A stretch of 64,000 bases of DNA, taken from positions 11,098,001 to 11,162,000 of the forward strand of contig OZ231126.1 of the NCBI GenBank assembly GCA_965153355.1, read 5' to 3'. The notes below the pieces were generated by a model that was given only the letters and a program-made list of their open reading frames with translations, had not been told where the DNA came from and did no database searches. The stretch is from Flaccisagitta enflata. Lineage: Eukaryota. Every line of letters begins with the position of its first letter. The first letter of the stretch is position 1. Positions 34,881 to 47,872 of the stretch are shown here, one piece after another. Made by a program: the position numbers and the translations under genes.

Positions 34881-36409
34881 ACGTCGCCGTCGTCGCCATG
34901 TCTCCCGATGGCGGTGCATAAGGAGGGCATGCAAACTCCTTATGTAATCGGGTGCAACGCATGCATCCAACCTTGTGATGGCGGTCCAAGCATCCATCGT
35001 ACGGGTTGTCGGCCACCTGAAAAGAAGCTATCGCCTCCTTCCCCATCTTATCATTGACATCAGTCCGCACCCAACCCATCACCTTTCGGGTTCCACCTGC
35101 GGAGTAGTGGATCCCGTCTCGGTCGAGATCTTCGGGGTCGAAGACGAGGGTGTCGAGGTCGATGAAGGTGCAGCCTATTTTCGTTGCCGCTCGCTTTGCC
35201 TCTGCGTGGGTGAAGCGGCGATAATCATACTCCGGGCCATAGCTGATTTCACCGACGAAAGGATCGACGATGAAAATAGAGCGGTCGCCGTTGTTTAGAG
35301 GGGACAACACCTTGCAGAGCTCCTCAAACTGACGCTCCACCATCTCCTTCGCGTCATCAAAATCTCGGCCGTTATTGTTACGGCCCACCGACACGATCAC
35401 AATTTCGCCGTAAGGAAGGATGGACGGATCATTGTTTATGTGGTTCGCCACATGTCCAATTTTCGCGCCGGGGATGGCATCCACCCGCATTGAAGCGTCG
35501 TCCTTCAACATTCTCATGATGCTGTCGCCGAATAAGAGGATTCTTGGCGGGGTAGCTGCTGCCGATGCCGCCGCCGCATTCCTCCGCCTGCGATTGCCGC
35601 CGCCTCCGTTGCTACGCTGTTGCCAACGTGGGCACTGCCCATCCTTGTGCGTGTCGTTGCACTGCCCGCATTCGAAGGGTTACTGCCTATACACGATTTT
35701 AAAGGTGTACTCCACCCCTTCATCCGACGTCCACTTGTTGAAGCGTGGTAGATGGCGACTTCCAATCTCCACCAATGCCTCCCTAACACCATTATAGATG
35801 CCAGACGCCTCCTCATGCTCCTTGCTGACGGTTGGCTGGACGATGACGCATCCGTAATCCTGCATGAAGGCGTCGAAATATTCGTCTCCTACCAACACCA
35901 TCTCTCCTTCATACGTTTGGAAGAATTTAACCCAGGTCGCGGGTTTATTCGACTTCCTCCTCCTCATCGGTATCGTCGTCTTCGTCCTTCCCTTCTCCAC
36001 CTTCAACTCAAACTTCTCCAACACCGCCGCCGCCTCCTTCGTCCGCGCCGAGACGTTGAAAACGCCGCGCTTCCTGAAGGCGTCGGTGATGACGACATTG
36101 TTGAGGATTGTCGTTCCGTGCTAAATCCTTTATCTGCTCCCGGAACGCCTTGGCCACCCACGCCACGTCGATTCCGAGCTGCGAGGGCACGCCAGAACGC
36201 CCGGAAAAGTCGAGGGTGAAGAGACGCTGCGACGCCGCCGCTGTTGACGTCGTCGTCGTCATTCTCGTCGTCGTCGTCTCGCCTACAAAAATAATGCACA
36301 GTCCACACAAAACACAAACGCACAGTCCAACAAGCAGATCCTCGAAAAAGTTACTCGATTCAAGAACGTCGCCGTCGTCGTCAGCGTCGCCGTGATAGAC
36401 GCCGCCAAT

Positions 36410-36450
36410 CCGGAAGTGGCGCCGCTGAACCGGAAGTGGCGCCGGAAGCG
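36410..36450. promoter_or_regulatory. Tandem CCGGAAGTGGCGCC (ETS-like) motifs upstream of Tx1-like ORF1
   Basis: CCGGAAG occurs three times within 40 bp. Confidence 0.35.
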
Positions 36451-36646
36451 CAAAAGACGTCAAAAACAGTCCAAAATCAATATGGGTATCAAACGAAAGG
36501 TCGCGCGTCGATTCGAGCCAAAATTGGGCCAAAATTTGGGCAGAATTTGGGCCAGGCGCGCGGGATTGAATAGCGATTGAATAGCAGAAGTTGCAGAAGC
36601 AGAAGTTGCTAAATTACACCAAGTCGCCGTTTTTTTTTTTACTATA

Positions 36647-37248
36647 CTATCTAGAACATATGTATATCGACAGGCATTTAAAGCAATAACTCTATAAAGA
36701 GTACAAAAATTACATAAAAATCAGTGAGATTCTGAAACCACTTTGAATATCTGACCAAATGACGCAAATCGCATCCTTTTAGCTCAAGCCGTTTAGAAAT
36801 GACAAGCAAAACAAGATTGATACTCCAATCAAAAAAATATGAAAACAAAAAATGCATCTAGTTTCTTTACAAGTTACTAAGACTCTTTTCAGACAGATTG
36901 GAGGTTTTTTCTACCCTATCTTTGGTCCTCATTACAGCGCCCAACACCTTTGTTGCATTTTCTTGGTTGATTTCAACCTCTCTTAGTCATTAGGATTGCA
37001 ACTGAAGCAAAAGGGAGAACATAGCATACACTTAGGAATCTTTTTAAATAAAATTTTATGAGGGAGAGTAATCATGCATTTATTCTCAGCATTTTTGTAA
37101 AAATGCTTAGAAAATCTATTTACAGTTTGTTGTTGAACGCCAAAGATGTAATATTAAGTATCTATCATATTTTGGAGGTTTTTTTATGATTCCCATACTG
37201 ATAGATTATTCAATCTCTACACTGTCGATATACTTATGTTCTAGATAG
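36647..37248. mobile_element. CTATC-ended MITE, TA TSD
   Basis: ta|CTATCTAGAACATATGTATATCGACAG ... CTGTCGATATACTTATGTTCTAGATAG|ta. Confidence 0.85.
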
Positions 37249-37864
37249 TATAACCCCTTTGAACAAAGCACAATTGGTATTGGGAGTAAAACGATTCTGT
37301 CTAGACTGTTTGTTATCATTCATATTTGCTCGTTTGCATATTCATCTGGCCAATCATTAGTCAAGAAATAACAGAGAATTTGACAGAGAATAATCTTCTT
37401 GTTTCAGGAACATCAATTAGCGTGTATAAAACATACGACTGCAATATGCAAATGAGGATTTCGTCAGCGAGTTCTAAAGATGTGGAGACGGAATCCGAAC
37501 AGTTTCATGAAGGTGAAATAACCGGCCAGGGCTACCGTACCGCGGAATTTGTCAAATTTACACAGCGACAGAAAGCTACAGTGGTGCAAGCTAAATCGAA
37601 AATCTAGTATTCGGCTCTGCACCTAACAAAAAAGAAGCCAAAGCTGTGTCTGTAATGATCTCATTCGTTTTCCCTCCTTTCTTTTTCTTTCCTCCTTCTG
37701 CCCTTGCTTGCTTGCTTGCTTGCTTACTTGCTTTCTTCCTCTCTTCCTCCTTTCTTCCACCATTACGATAACCCCCTTGGGCCCTTGGCCGCCCGTATCT
37801 GCCACTTTATGGCGCTTACCTGCCGCGTAGCATTGCTACCATATATAATCGGCACCTCTGCTTA

Positions 37865-38775
37865 CCCGGTGGTGACTAATTGTGATAAATAAAGGCGATG
37901 CGCTGCCTTGAGTGGGGTGACTCATCATCTTATCCATCAATCAATCAAGCAATCAATCATACCCGGCGGTGACTAATTGTGATAAATAAAGGCGATGAGC
38001 TGCATTGAGCGGGGAGACTCATATACTTATCCATCAATCAATCAATCAATCATACCCGGCGGTGACTACTATCTTCACAATAGAAATCTTTACACTTTGA
38101 AAATAAGCTCATTTATTGATGTGAAAATGGATACAAATCAATCGTGGAGCCATCAATATTTAGGGTGAGCCCTGTTTAACTGAATTACAGCCGCCATTTG
38201 TCTGGGAAGTGTTTTGAAGCGCTTTTTGAGGTATTTTGGGGTGATGGCCTTCCAGACCATTCTCGCCACTTTTTTTATCCCCTTTCTTCGCTACATTTAG
38301 ACTTATAGCTCCAGAAAGACTCAACAAATCATAAAAAAATTGGTGACATAAATGAAGCTCTTCAAAATTGCAAGCAGTCTACGCAAACCGCATCTGTCTA
38401 GCTCAATGCGTATAGAAGTAATTCAATAAGGAGTAAAATTATATCGTTTGAAGATAGTGTAAAAATAGTAAACGCGAAATTGAAATATTTCATTCAAAGT
38501 TGAACAACTTTTGAACGCATTGAGTTAGAGAGATGCGGTTTGCGTTGATCGCTTGAAAATTTGAAGGGCTTTAATATGGCCACCAATTTTTTTAAGATCG
38601 GGCTAATATAACCAGAGATATTAGTTAAAACATGTGTAAAGATTTCCATTGTGAAGATAGTAATTGTGATAAATAAAGGCGATGCGCAGTATTGAGCGGG
38701 GTGACTCATCTACTTATAAATCCATCAATCAATCAAGCGTTCAATCATTCAATAAAGTATACCCGGCAGTGACTC
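37865..38775. repeat. ~90-100-bp tandem repeat (about 3 copies), one copy interrupted by a MITE
   Basis: CCCGGCGGTGACTAATTGTGATAAATAAAGGCGATG...ATCCATCAATCAATCAA units. Confidence 0.75.
38069..38660. mobile_element. CTATC-ended MITE, TA TSD
   Basis: ta|CTATCTTCACAATAGAAATCTTTACAC ... GTGTAAAGATTTCCATTGTGAAGATAG|ta. The empty site GGTGACTAATTGTG is present in neighbouring repeat copies. Confidence 0.9.
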
Positions 38776-38932
38776 TTTGAGACAGACAAAGGCGATGCGC
38801 TGTCTTAAGCGCGTTTTCCATTTCATCAACGACGTTGTTTTGCGCAGCCGCGTCGAGGCGCTGATCTACTTGAATTCGGCCCAAAGTCTCTCTTACCTTG
38901 GATAAAAAATTGATAAATAATTATCACTGAGG

Positions 38933-39721
<789 letters not shown>

Positions 39722-40108
39722 GTAAGTACAATTTGGCTTGTACGGCTTTATTTTCCTCCTCGATCGCTTCTTCCTCGAGCCTCTTCAACTTTTCCTTCCT
39801 CCTCCTCTTTTCCATTTCCGCTTCTTCTTGAAGGCAGAGTAAATTTCGCCTCAAATCTTTCAACTTTAATTCCGCGTTTTCCACGAGGATCGAATCCGCG
39901 GCGCTCATCCCTTCCTTCTTACACCTAAGACACAAGTTACAAACGTTATCAATCTTGTGCAAAAGGTTGATGTCTCGGTCCGTCGGTTGGTCCGTCAGCC
40001 GTTAACATTCTCGGAATGAGTGGCCGTGGGTTTTTTTCTAAATACTGTCCTTGCCCAACTTTCATTTATACATTCATTCCCTTAATCACTCACTCGCCAT
40101 CTCTTCCT

Positions 40109-40272
40109 TTTTTAGTTGCGGACACGCAACTCTAAAAGAGGCTTTGTCCGTCCGTCCGTCCGTCCGTCCGTTGGTCGGTCCGTCCGTAACCATCGAGTCG
40201 AAAAGTGGGAAAACGCGGATTTCCGCCCCTGCCCACCCGTCCGCAACTGATTGCCGTGTATCCGGCCTTGTT
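40109..40272 (+). mobile_element. HINE-like element, family A
   Basis: TAGTTGCGGACACGCAACT...GTCCGCAACTGATTGCCGTGTATCCGGCCTTGTTT. Confidence 0.8.
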
Positions 40273-40846
40273 TCACTCATTAATTATTCATTCACTCATT
40301 CATTCATTCATTCATTCATTCATTCATTCATTCATTCATATTCATTCATTCATTCATTCATTTATTCATTCATTCATAGAAGAAGAAGAAGAAGAAGAAG
40401 AAGAAGAAGAAGAAGAAGAAGAAGAAGAAGAAGAAGAAGAAGAAGAAGAAGAAGAAGAAAAAGAAGAAGAAATAAGAACGAAAAAGTTTAGAAACCGACA
40501 CGTGTTTTAGCCTAAATCAGCTTCATCAGGGTATGATTAAAAACCAGACTACAAGGTCTTATATAGGCACAAAAAAGCGGGAATATGCACAAAAAAGGAC
40601 GCGACAAAACAAAAGATATAGGGGGCTTGATTAGTATCAAGAAAAATTGGTCAAAAAGTCAAACACTAGTAATGCGTGGACCAGGATGTAAAGATGGTCA
40701 TTTTTTTTTATAAAAAACTTCCTTCGATTCATTCATTCTCACACCTCACCACCACACAGTGTTCATTTATTCATCCGTCAATTTCATTCATTTATTCTTA
40801 CATTTTTTTCTCTCACTCACTCACCATCTCTTTCTTTCCTTCGCTT

Positions 40847-41482
40847 TTTGGGCAGCGGCCCCGAAGGGGACTAAGTCCTGTAGAACACAGGGGGACTTAC
40901 GTTCGTCTGTTTGTTCGTCCGTCCGTCCGTTCGTCCCCCCTCATCAGGCCCCTCAGGCCTCAAATATGGCCTCTCAGGCCTCAAATCCAGCCTCTCAGGC
41001 CTCAAATCCAGCCTCTCAGGCCTCAAATCCAGCCTCTCAGGCTTCAAATCCAGCCTCTCAGGCCTCAAATCCAACCTCTCAGGCCTCAAACCTGGCCTCT
41101 CAGGCCTCAAATTAGGCTTCTCAGGCCTCAAATCCAAATCACCAGGCCTCAAACCTGGCCTCTCAGGCCTCAAATTAGGCCTCAAATCTGCTAAGCCTCA
41201 ATTCATTGCTCTCAGGCTTCAAATCAGTCCTTTGACCTTTCAAGCCTTAATCCAGCTCTCTCAAGCCTCAAATCAGCCCTCTCAAGCTTCAGATTGGCAT
41301 TATCAGGCCTTACATCAGCCTTCTTAGGTCTCAGTTTAAGGTCTTGAAGGCCTCTAAAGCATCTCATCCACTTCTTCAGGCAGGACGAACGAAAGTTCCC
41401 CTGTGTTCTACAGGACTTCGTCCCCTTCGGGACCGCTGCCCTGCTTCCCCTCACTCCAATTCACAATCACTCAAAGCAGGGC
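40847..41482 (+). mobile_element. Element with ~45-bp subterminal inverted repeats enclosing a 21-bp minisatellite (HINE-like)
   Basis: GGGCAGCGGCCCCGAAGGGGACTAAGTCCTGTAGAACACAGGGG versus CCCCTGTGTTCTACAGGACTTCGTCCCCTTCGGGACCGCTGCCC. Contains a CCGT microsatellite and (CCTCTCAGGCCTCAAATCCAG)n. Confidence 0.7.
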
Positions 41483-42470
41483 CCTTGAGCGACCTGTTCA
41501 TTCATTGATTCGTTCATTCATCGATTCATTCATTCATTCATTCATTCATTCATTCATTTATTCATTCATTCATTCATTCATTGATTCATTCATTCATTAC
41601 TCGGTCTCTTACCTTCTCACCACCACATTCATTCATTCTCTCACCACCACATTCATTCATTCAATCATTCATTCGTTCATTCATTCATTCATTCATTCAT
41701 TCATTCATTCATTCATTCATTCATTCATTATCTCACCAATACAAAGCCCTATGAAGCATCAGGAGATTTTCCTTTTCGATCGCTTCGATGAGACTTTGTT
41801 CTTCCGGTTTCAGCGTCTTTCCAACTTCGCCCTTCTTTGCAGATATTCGCATTTTTGTCGGCGCCTGCAAATCAGTTTTTTTATCTTTTTTTTTCGTCGT
41901 TGTCAATTGTTTTCTATGTAATCATTGCTTTTTTCGTCTTTTTGAGTGATTAGCATCGCTGTGTCTATGATAACACAACATTGTGAGTTATCGGTTGTTT
42001 CGTCGTAGTAGTTGTTGTTGTTGTTGTGATTGTGGTTGTGGTTGTGGTTGTTACTGTTGTTGTTGTTGTTGTTGTTTTTTTAGTCGCGGATAAGCGACTC
42101 TAAGTCTCTATAAGAGGCTTTATCTGTCCGTCGGTCGGTTGGTTGGTCGGTTGGTCCGTAGTGGTGGTGGTGGTGGTGGTGGTGGTGGTGGTGGTGGTGG
42201 TGGTGGTGGTGGTGGTGGTGGTGGTGGTTGTCCTAAAACATTAAACTAATATGGTACAGTTAAGCTTCACTAGAAGGCATCTCAAGGGACTGGTTCATTT
42301 CATGCCTTCTAAGCGGGGTGCCTCATAGACAATCATGCACATTTCTGCACCATACTGAATACATTCAAATATGCTTTGATCATTCTATCTTTTGGCTTGA
42401 TACACTATCAAATGGGCACAGATGGATGCTAGGAAGTGGCAACAAAAAGAATTTGGATCTTCCTTTACTT

Positions 42471-42589
42471 TTTAGATGCGTCATTGCATCTCTATAAGAG
42501 GGTCTGTCTGTCGGTCCGTCAGTCCGTCCATCCGTTGGTCTGTTATGCCTCTTCTGATATCGCATCAAGTTGCCCGCCTGGGCTTGTTG
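42471..42589 (+). mobile_element. HINE-like element, family C
   Basis: TAGATGCGTCATTGCATCT...GCCCGCCTGGGCTTGTT. Confidence 0.7.
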
Positions 42590-42981
42590 CAAAAAGTAAA
42601 CAGTCGCTGTTATCATCATTCATTAACCAGTTCGCCACCTGAATTACCATGAATGAGACTAAAAAAGTGACTGCAGTGCTTAGTAACACAAACTTCATCG
42701 GCTATTTGACTTTTCACTCTTCTTCTTCATCATCATCTCCTTCCTCTCCCTTTCACTTCACTTTGTCTGTTTCTTTCACTTCCTCTTCATCATAATCATC
42801 GGTATCCTTCTTCATCATCGTCATCGCTCTCATCGGTAATTTTTTTCCGTCTTTGCCCTTCTCTTCCACCCACAGCTTATCCACCTCCTAATCCTAAAGT
42901 CACTTAGTTTGTCAGATGCCTTCAAAGCGAGCAAAATATTCACCAAAAACCCCATTTTTCATGCGCTATAGTGAAATTTGC

Positions 42982-43698
42982 CTAATAGGTGGGTGCCTTA
43001 TATGCGGGGCTTATCAACAAAGGAATAAAGAGAAAAAAGTTGGGACTTTTCAAATCATGCCTTGATGCGAGGGATGCCTTATTGCGGGTGCGCTCTAGTG
43101 AAGCTCGACTGTAATTGTAAAAGACCTTGTAATGGATTTTTCCATCTGCTTCGTTCTTCTTCTTGTTTTTGTTGTTGATTTTCTTTCCTTTCTTTTCGAC
43201 TGCGACAAAAACCACTTCCGTTTCTTGCGTTGGCGGCGCTTCAACGGCGGCAGAAGGCGTTCTCGTGGCTTCTTGAGACGCACGAGGAGCTTCTTTAGTC
43301 GTCGTCGGTCGACGATGCTTCCTTTCCTCCGCTTCCTCTTCCCCTCCTCCTCCTTCTCCGCCGTCTGCATCTCGCCAGTAATCTTCCTTCAGTGGAGGAC
43401 CTTCCCCCTTTGACCCAACGCATCGCCGATCCACCGCTGATTGAAACACTTCCTTCTTCATCCCCTTTTTCTCCACATCCTCTTCTTTTTCTATCTCCTC
43501 CCCTTCCTCTCCATTTTCTTCTTCATCGTCTTGCTCTGCCAAGACGTCGACGGTGTCCAAAATGACGATTCCGGTTTCGTCTCTGATCTCGACTCTCTTC
43601 AGCTTCTTGTTCGAGTCGATCGTCGAGAGAGGAGGAAGAGGAAGAGGAGGAGGAGCGAAAATATCGTCGCCTTCGCCGTCCACCAATTCGTCGCTCAT
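42982..43698 (-). CDS. Possible exon of an acidic, disordered protein (unassigned)
   Basis: 238-codon open frame that is not a simple microsatellite. No recognisable domain. Confidence 0.3.
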   Translation of the reverse strand: MSDELVDGEGDDIFAPPPLPLPPLSTIDSNKKLKRVEIRDETGIVILDTVDVLAEQDDEEENGEEGEEIEKEEDVEKKGMKKEVFQSAVDRRCVGSKGEGPPLKEDYWRDADGGEGGGGEEEAEERKHRRPTTTKEAPRASQEATRTPSAAVEAPPTQETEVVFVAVEKKGKKINNKNKKKNEADGKIHYKVFYNYSRASLERTRNKASLASRHDLKSPNFFLFIPLLISPAYKAPTY

Positions 43699-43826
43699 TT
43701 GCTAAAATTTGGCGAGGAGAGAAGTTAAGAATAGAGAGAAATATACCAACGTTATCATCGTCATCATCACCATCAAACAACAACAACAACAATAACAACA
43801 ACAACAACAACAACAAAAACAACAGC

Positions 43827-43923
<97 letters not shown>

Positions 43924-44270
43924 CAGAACTTGGTGAACCTGTAAAGCCTCTGACGCGCATTGTGATGGAATGTCCTTTTGTTTTTCTTCGCATTCCTCCA
44001 GCAGATCGTTGATGCTGTCAATTCTTCGTCGGCGAGGAGCTCGAAAGAAGTCAGATCCCAAACAGTTCGTCCGCCAGACAGTCGCCTTCGACGGCGTCAT
44101 CGGACAACGAGGCTGTTCATACAATCAATCGATAAATCAATGATAATGATTAATCATCAAATAGCGGTCTGCCGTCAGCGCCTGCTGACGAACTGGAACT
44201 TGGTCGTCGATTTTAAATCAATCAGTCAATCAATCTATCAAATAATCAAACAAAAGAATCTCAACCGTCC

Positions 44271-44752
44271 CACAGTGCTCCGGATCCCACCACCACAAAA
44301 AATAAGTACCCGTCACCCCCCTATCACCCCCCATTTATCTACACAGTGCTCCGGATCCCACCACCCCAAAAAATAAGTACCCGTCACCCCCCTATCACCC
44401 CCTCATCACCACCCATTTACCTACACAGTGATCCAGATCCCACCACCACAAAAAGTAAGTACCCGTCATCCCCCTATCACCCCTTAATCATCACCCATTT
44501 ACCTACACAGTGATCCGGATCCCACCACCACAAAAAGTAAGTACCCGTCACCCCCCCTATCACCCCTTAATCACCACCCATTTACCTGCACAGTGCTCCG
44601 GATCCCACCACCACAAAAAATAAGTACCCGTCACCCCCCTATCACCCCCTCATCACCACCCATTTACCTACACAGAGCTCCGGATCCCTACACCACAAAA
44701 AATAAGTACCCGTCAACCCCCTATCACCCCCTCATCACTACCCATTTACCTA
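44271..44752. repeat. 6 x ~82-bp tandem repeat, each unit starting CACAG(T/A)G
   Basis: Unit starts at 44271, 44342, 44424, 44506, 44589 and 44671. Confidence 0.9.
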
Positions 44753-45072
44753 TAGGGGACGGCATTCAGTGTGGCAGGAGCTTGATCGTCGGACATCTTT
44801 TAATCAATCGATCATTAAATCAATCAATCAATCAATCAATCTATCTATGAAACTCAACCGTTGGTGGTCTCCTCATTCTGCCTCCCGTTGGACAGGACCT
44901 CGGCCGGCGATCATCAAAGTCTTGATTTGAAAATTCCTGCGAGAATAAAAATGATTTTCAGCTGAATGCTAAACATTCTTCCGTTCATCTTTCTTTCTTT
45001 TTCTTTCTTTTTTCATTGTTTCTTTCTTCATTTCTGTCTATCTTTCGTCCTATCTATCTTTCTTTCTTTTTT

Positions 45073-45156
<84 letters not shown>

Positions 45157-45416
45157 TTTTCTTCTTCTTTTTCTTTCTTCCTATTTTCCACTTATTTTCT
45201 TTTTTTCTTTCTATATTTCTTTCTATCTGTCTTTCTTTCTTTCTTTCTTTCTTTCTTTTTTTCTTTTTTCTTTTTTCTTTTTTCTTTTTTCTTTTTTCTT
45301 TTTTCTTTTTTCTTTTTTCTTTTTTCTTTTTTCTTTTTTCTTTTCCTCTTTTTCTCTTTTTCTCTTTTTCTCTTTTTCTCTTTTTTTCTTTTTCTTTTTT
45401 TCTTTTTTTCTTTTTT

Positions 45417-45480
<64 letters not shown>

Positions 45481-45484
45481 TCCT

Positions 45485-45522
<38 letters not shown>

Positions 45523-45796
45523 TTTCTTCCATTCTCTTTTTTCTTTCTACTTATTTTCTTCTTAATTTCCCCTGCCCACCCGCGCGCGACTGGGGTAGCC
45601 GCGTAAACGGCCTTGTTTTCTTTCGGTCTACTACTCTTTCGTCCTCAGTTTTCTCTCGTCCATATAACCTTGTGACACATTATGAGTTGTTTCTCGAAGA
45701 CGTTCGATGACGATCTTTTCGCGTATTCGTCGTCGTGGAAGACAATGCTGGTGAAAGGCCTCGGACTTTCGCCTAATGGAATAAAAACAAAGACAG

Positions 45797-45825
45797 TTGT
45801 CTCCGCCGTTTCCCGGCAGTCCCGG

Positions 45826-45857
<32 letters not shown>

Positions 45858-46060
45858 TCACGCCTCCTCCTAGGTTATATCCGGGCTTGTCACCCCCAAA
45901 CGGTCAACCTGGAAGTGGACATCATCCGGGTCACCCTCAACACCCGCTGCATCCCAGGTCGGGACCTTTGGAGGGTTTGCCTCATTATCATCACCCTTTG
46001 GGGTCGCCGGGCAGCGGAGGAGGAGAGCCTCCTTTAACTAGCGGTGCCAGCGATCCGCCG
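45797..46060 (+). CDS. Possible Pro/His/Gly-rich exon
   Basis: RLYPGLSPPNGQPGSGHHPGHPQHPLHPRSG...SDPP followed by a donor-like GTGAGC. Confidence 0.3.
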
Positions 46061-46740
46061 GTGAGCGTGCGACATTTTCGTCTTTAGATTCTATATTAGC
46101 AGAGTGGCCGCTGGGCTCCGGACTTGTAAGCCGGCCGTTTCAAAGATTACCTTGACAACATGATATTTCTATGATCCCTTCATGCATCTAGATTGGGAAA
46201 ATTACCCGGAATATTGACCCCTAGCCATAGTTTTAGCCTTCTATTGCAATAACTGTGATTTTTCCAGTCTCAAATTAAAGCGCGTTCGGACGCCGCAGTT
46301 TAACAAAATGGCGTAGTTTTTGTCACCATTTCCAGCGCAGCATACATCACGTTTTTGGTCATATCTTTTAAACGGTTGGATGGATTTGCAACTTCTGAGA
46401 AGGTCAAAAGAGATTTTTGTCCCTATGAAAAAAATCCGTGGGCCTTCCCACTTTAACGGATCTCAAAGACGGGAATCACTCCCCCAACGACGACGCTTTC
46501 ATGCAAAATCTGTAGGGTAAGTTTATCTTTAACGTGATTTCTAAAACTCGCGTTTTTTATGTCTGTCCATTTTCTCCTCTTCGTGGGGTTGTCAATCTCG
46601 GGGAGGTGAGGACAAGCTTGCTAGTCAACTAGCTTGACGGTCGCTGCTCGGCGGGGTGGCAACGCCAGGAAGCATCTGAAAAATCGCTTCGGCGGGGTAG
46701 ATCGTGTGGAGACGGGCAATTCTATGATGGCTTTGGGGTG

Positions 46741-47580
46741 CTACAACATCTCGCCGATGCTCATCTGTCGGGAAATATTTTGCTTAATAAGTAAATCCTC
46801 GCCCAAATAAAACCAACCATCATCGGGTGACTTCCACATCCTCGAAAATGCTTCGTCAAAATCGCGTTCGAATCTTGACGATGGTTGACCACGCGGCGTT
46901 TTGACAGGTTTCTTGGTCTGTCCTTCGTCATCGTCAACGTCATCGTCATCGTCGTCGTCGCCACCGTCCTTATCCCTCATCAGTTCGGCGAATGCGGCTA
47001 TGGTGGACGTCGAGGAATTCTGATAGTTGTTAATCTTGATAACGTTATTAGAGGACGTAGTCAGCGTTACCATTCGCGGTGGCGTTTTATTTTCATTTTC
47101 ATCGTGCTTTAGATTATCGTCGTCGTCGTCGTCGTCGTCGTCGTTTTCGTTTTCGTGGTCGTCGTTGCCCGATTGACGATCATTTGGATAAACGGGTAGA
47201 ATCGCCGCGTTCGTGATGCCTTCTGAATGAGACTGAGGAGGGCTTCCACCGGAAATGGACTTCCCGTCGATTCTCGTCGGCATCGTTGTCGATGCTTCGA
47301 TGACTCCGCGTCTCCAATCATCATCTTCATCAACGCGACGCTGACCGGAAGAGACTACCAAATCATCGTCTGCTCGGAGACGATCCTCTTCTGAGTTACA
47401 AACGCTCAAAATGGCGATGCTTTGACTCGGGTTCTCTGTCATTGGAGCAGGTGTGACGCAATCGTGATCCTCTTCGACGAAATGAGCTCGAACGTATTCG
47501 CGGGATTTCTGTGTAGACATGAACCAAGACTTGTGGGTGCGGTAACTTACACATGTAGCATGACAAATCCGAAAGCCGCC
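46741..47580 (-). CDS. Possible exon of an acidic low-complexity protein (unassigned)
   Basis: Open frame of ~280 codons including upstream CGGFRICHATCV. No firm domain. Confidence 0.35.
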   Translation of the reverse strand, partial: GGFRICHATCVSYRTHKSWFMSTQKSREYVRAHFVEEDHDCVTPAPMTENPSQSIAILSVCNSEEDRLRADDDLVVSSGQRRVDEDDDWRRGVIEASTTMPTRIDGKSISGGSPPQSHSEGITNAAILPVYPNDRQSGNDDHENENDDDDDDDDDNLKHDENENKTPPRMVTLTTSSNNVIKINNYQNSSTSTIAAFAELMRDKDGGDDDDDDDVDDDEGQTKKPVKTPRGQPSSRFERDFDEAFSRMWKSPDDGWFYLGEDLLIKQNISRQMSIGEML

Positions 47581-47753
47581 GCACTAATGTTTAATTCATA
47601 GGCTATTGACCATCCGCAGGCTTTTCCCTTCCCTTAGTCTAGATCGATGTCCTGTTCCCGTTATTTGTCTATAGTGCACAAACTGCTCTCTATTAAGGCC
47701 CTGGAAAGGATCGAATCCCGACTAATGCCTTATTAGCAATACTGAGAAAATTT

Positions 47754-47872
47754 TTAGGTGCGACAAAGCACCTCTATAACTGACTCTGTCCATTGGTTGG
47801 TCTGTTGGTCTGTCTGTAACGCATTCGTTTGACGATCAACACGTCGCACCTTATCGGCCTACTTGGCCTTGT
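47754..47872 (+). mobile_element. HINE-like element, family D
   Basis: TAGGTGCGACAAAGCACCT...GTCGCACCT...GGCCTACTTGGCCTTGTTT. Confidence 0.75.

Larger units (their letters stand above)
31721..36262 (-). pseudogene. L1/Tx1 ORF1: ZCCHC3-like region + zinc knuckle + SGNH esterase + low-complexity tail, with stops/frameshift and two insertions
   Basis: GIYNGVR...HLPRF...YRQ*PFECGQCNDTHKDGQC, then LLFGDS, VGRNN and RDGIHY, then CMRCTRLHKEFAC. The frame continues across removal of inserts 33955-34880 and 32656-33750. Confidence 0.75.
24826..36400 (-). mobile_element. Decayed L1/Tx1-like non-LTR retrotransposon, interrupted by three insertions
   Basis: ORF1 remnants, ~1.2-kb inter-ORF spacer, APE and zf-RVT-like ORF2 remnants, and an A-rich 3' tract at ~24826-24960. 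Removing the TSD-flanked inserts restores the reading frames. Outer boundaries are approximate. Confidence 0.8.

Noticed and set aside
34465-35517. Stand-alone 350-aa esterase gene
   Set aside because: A 13-bp TSD and (CAA)n tail show it is a chimera of two retroelements.
36283-36354. Intron-like GT...TTTTTGTAG stretch upstream of Tx1-like ORF1
   Set aside because: The donor is weak and an intron would be lost on retrotransposition. It is unsupported without RNA data.
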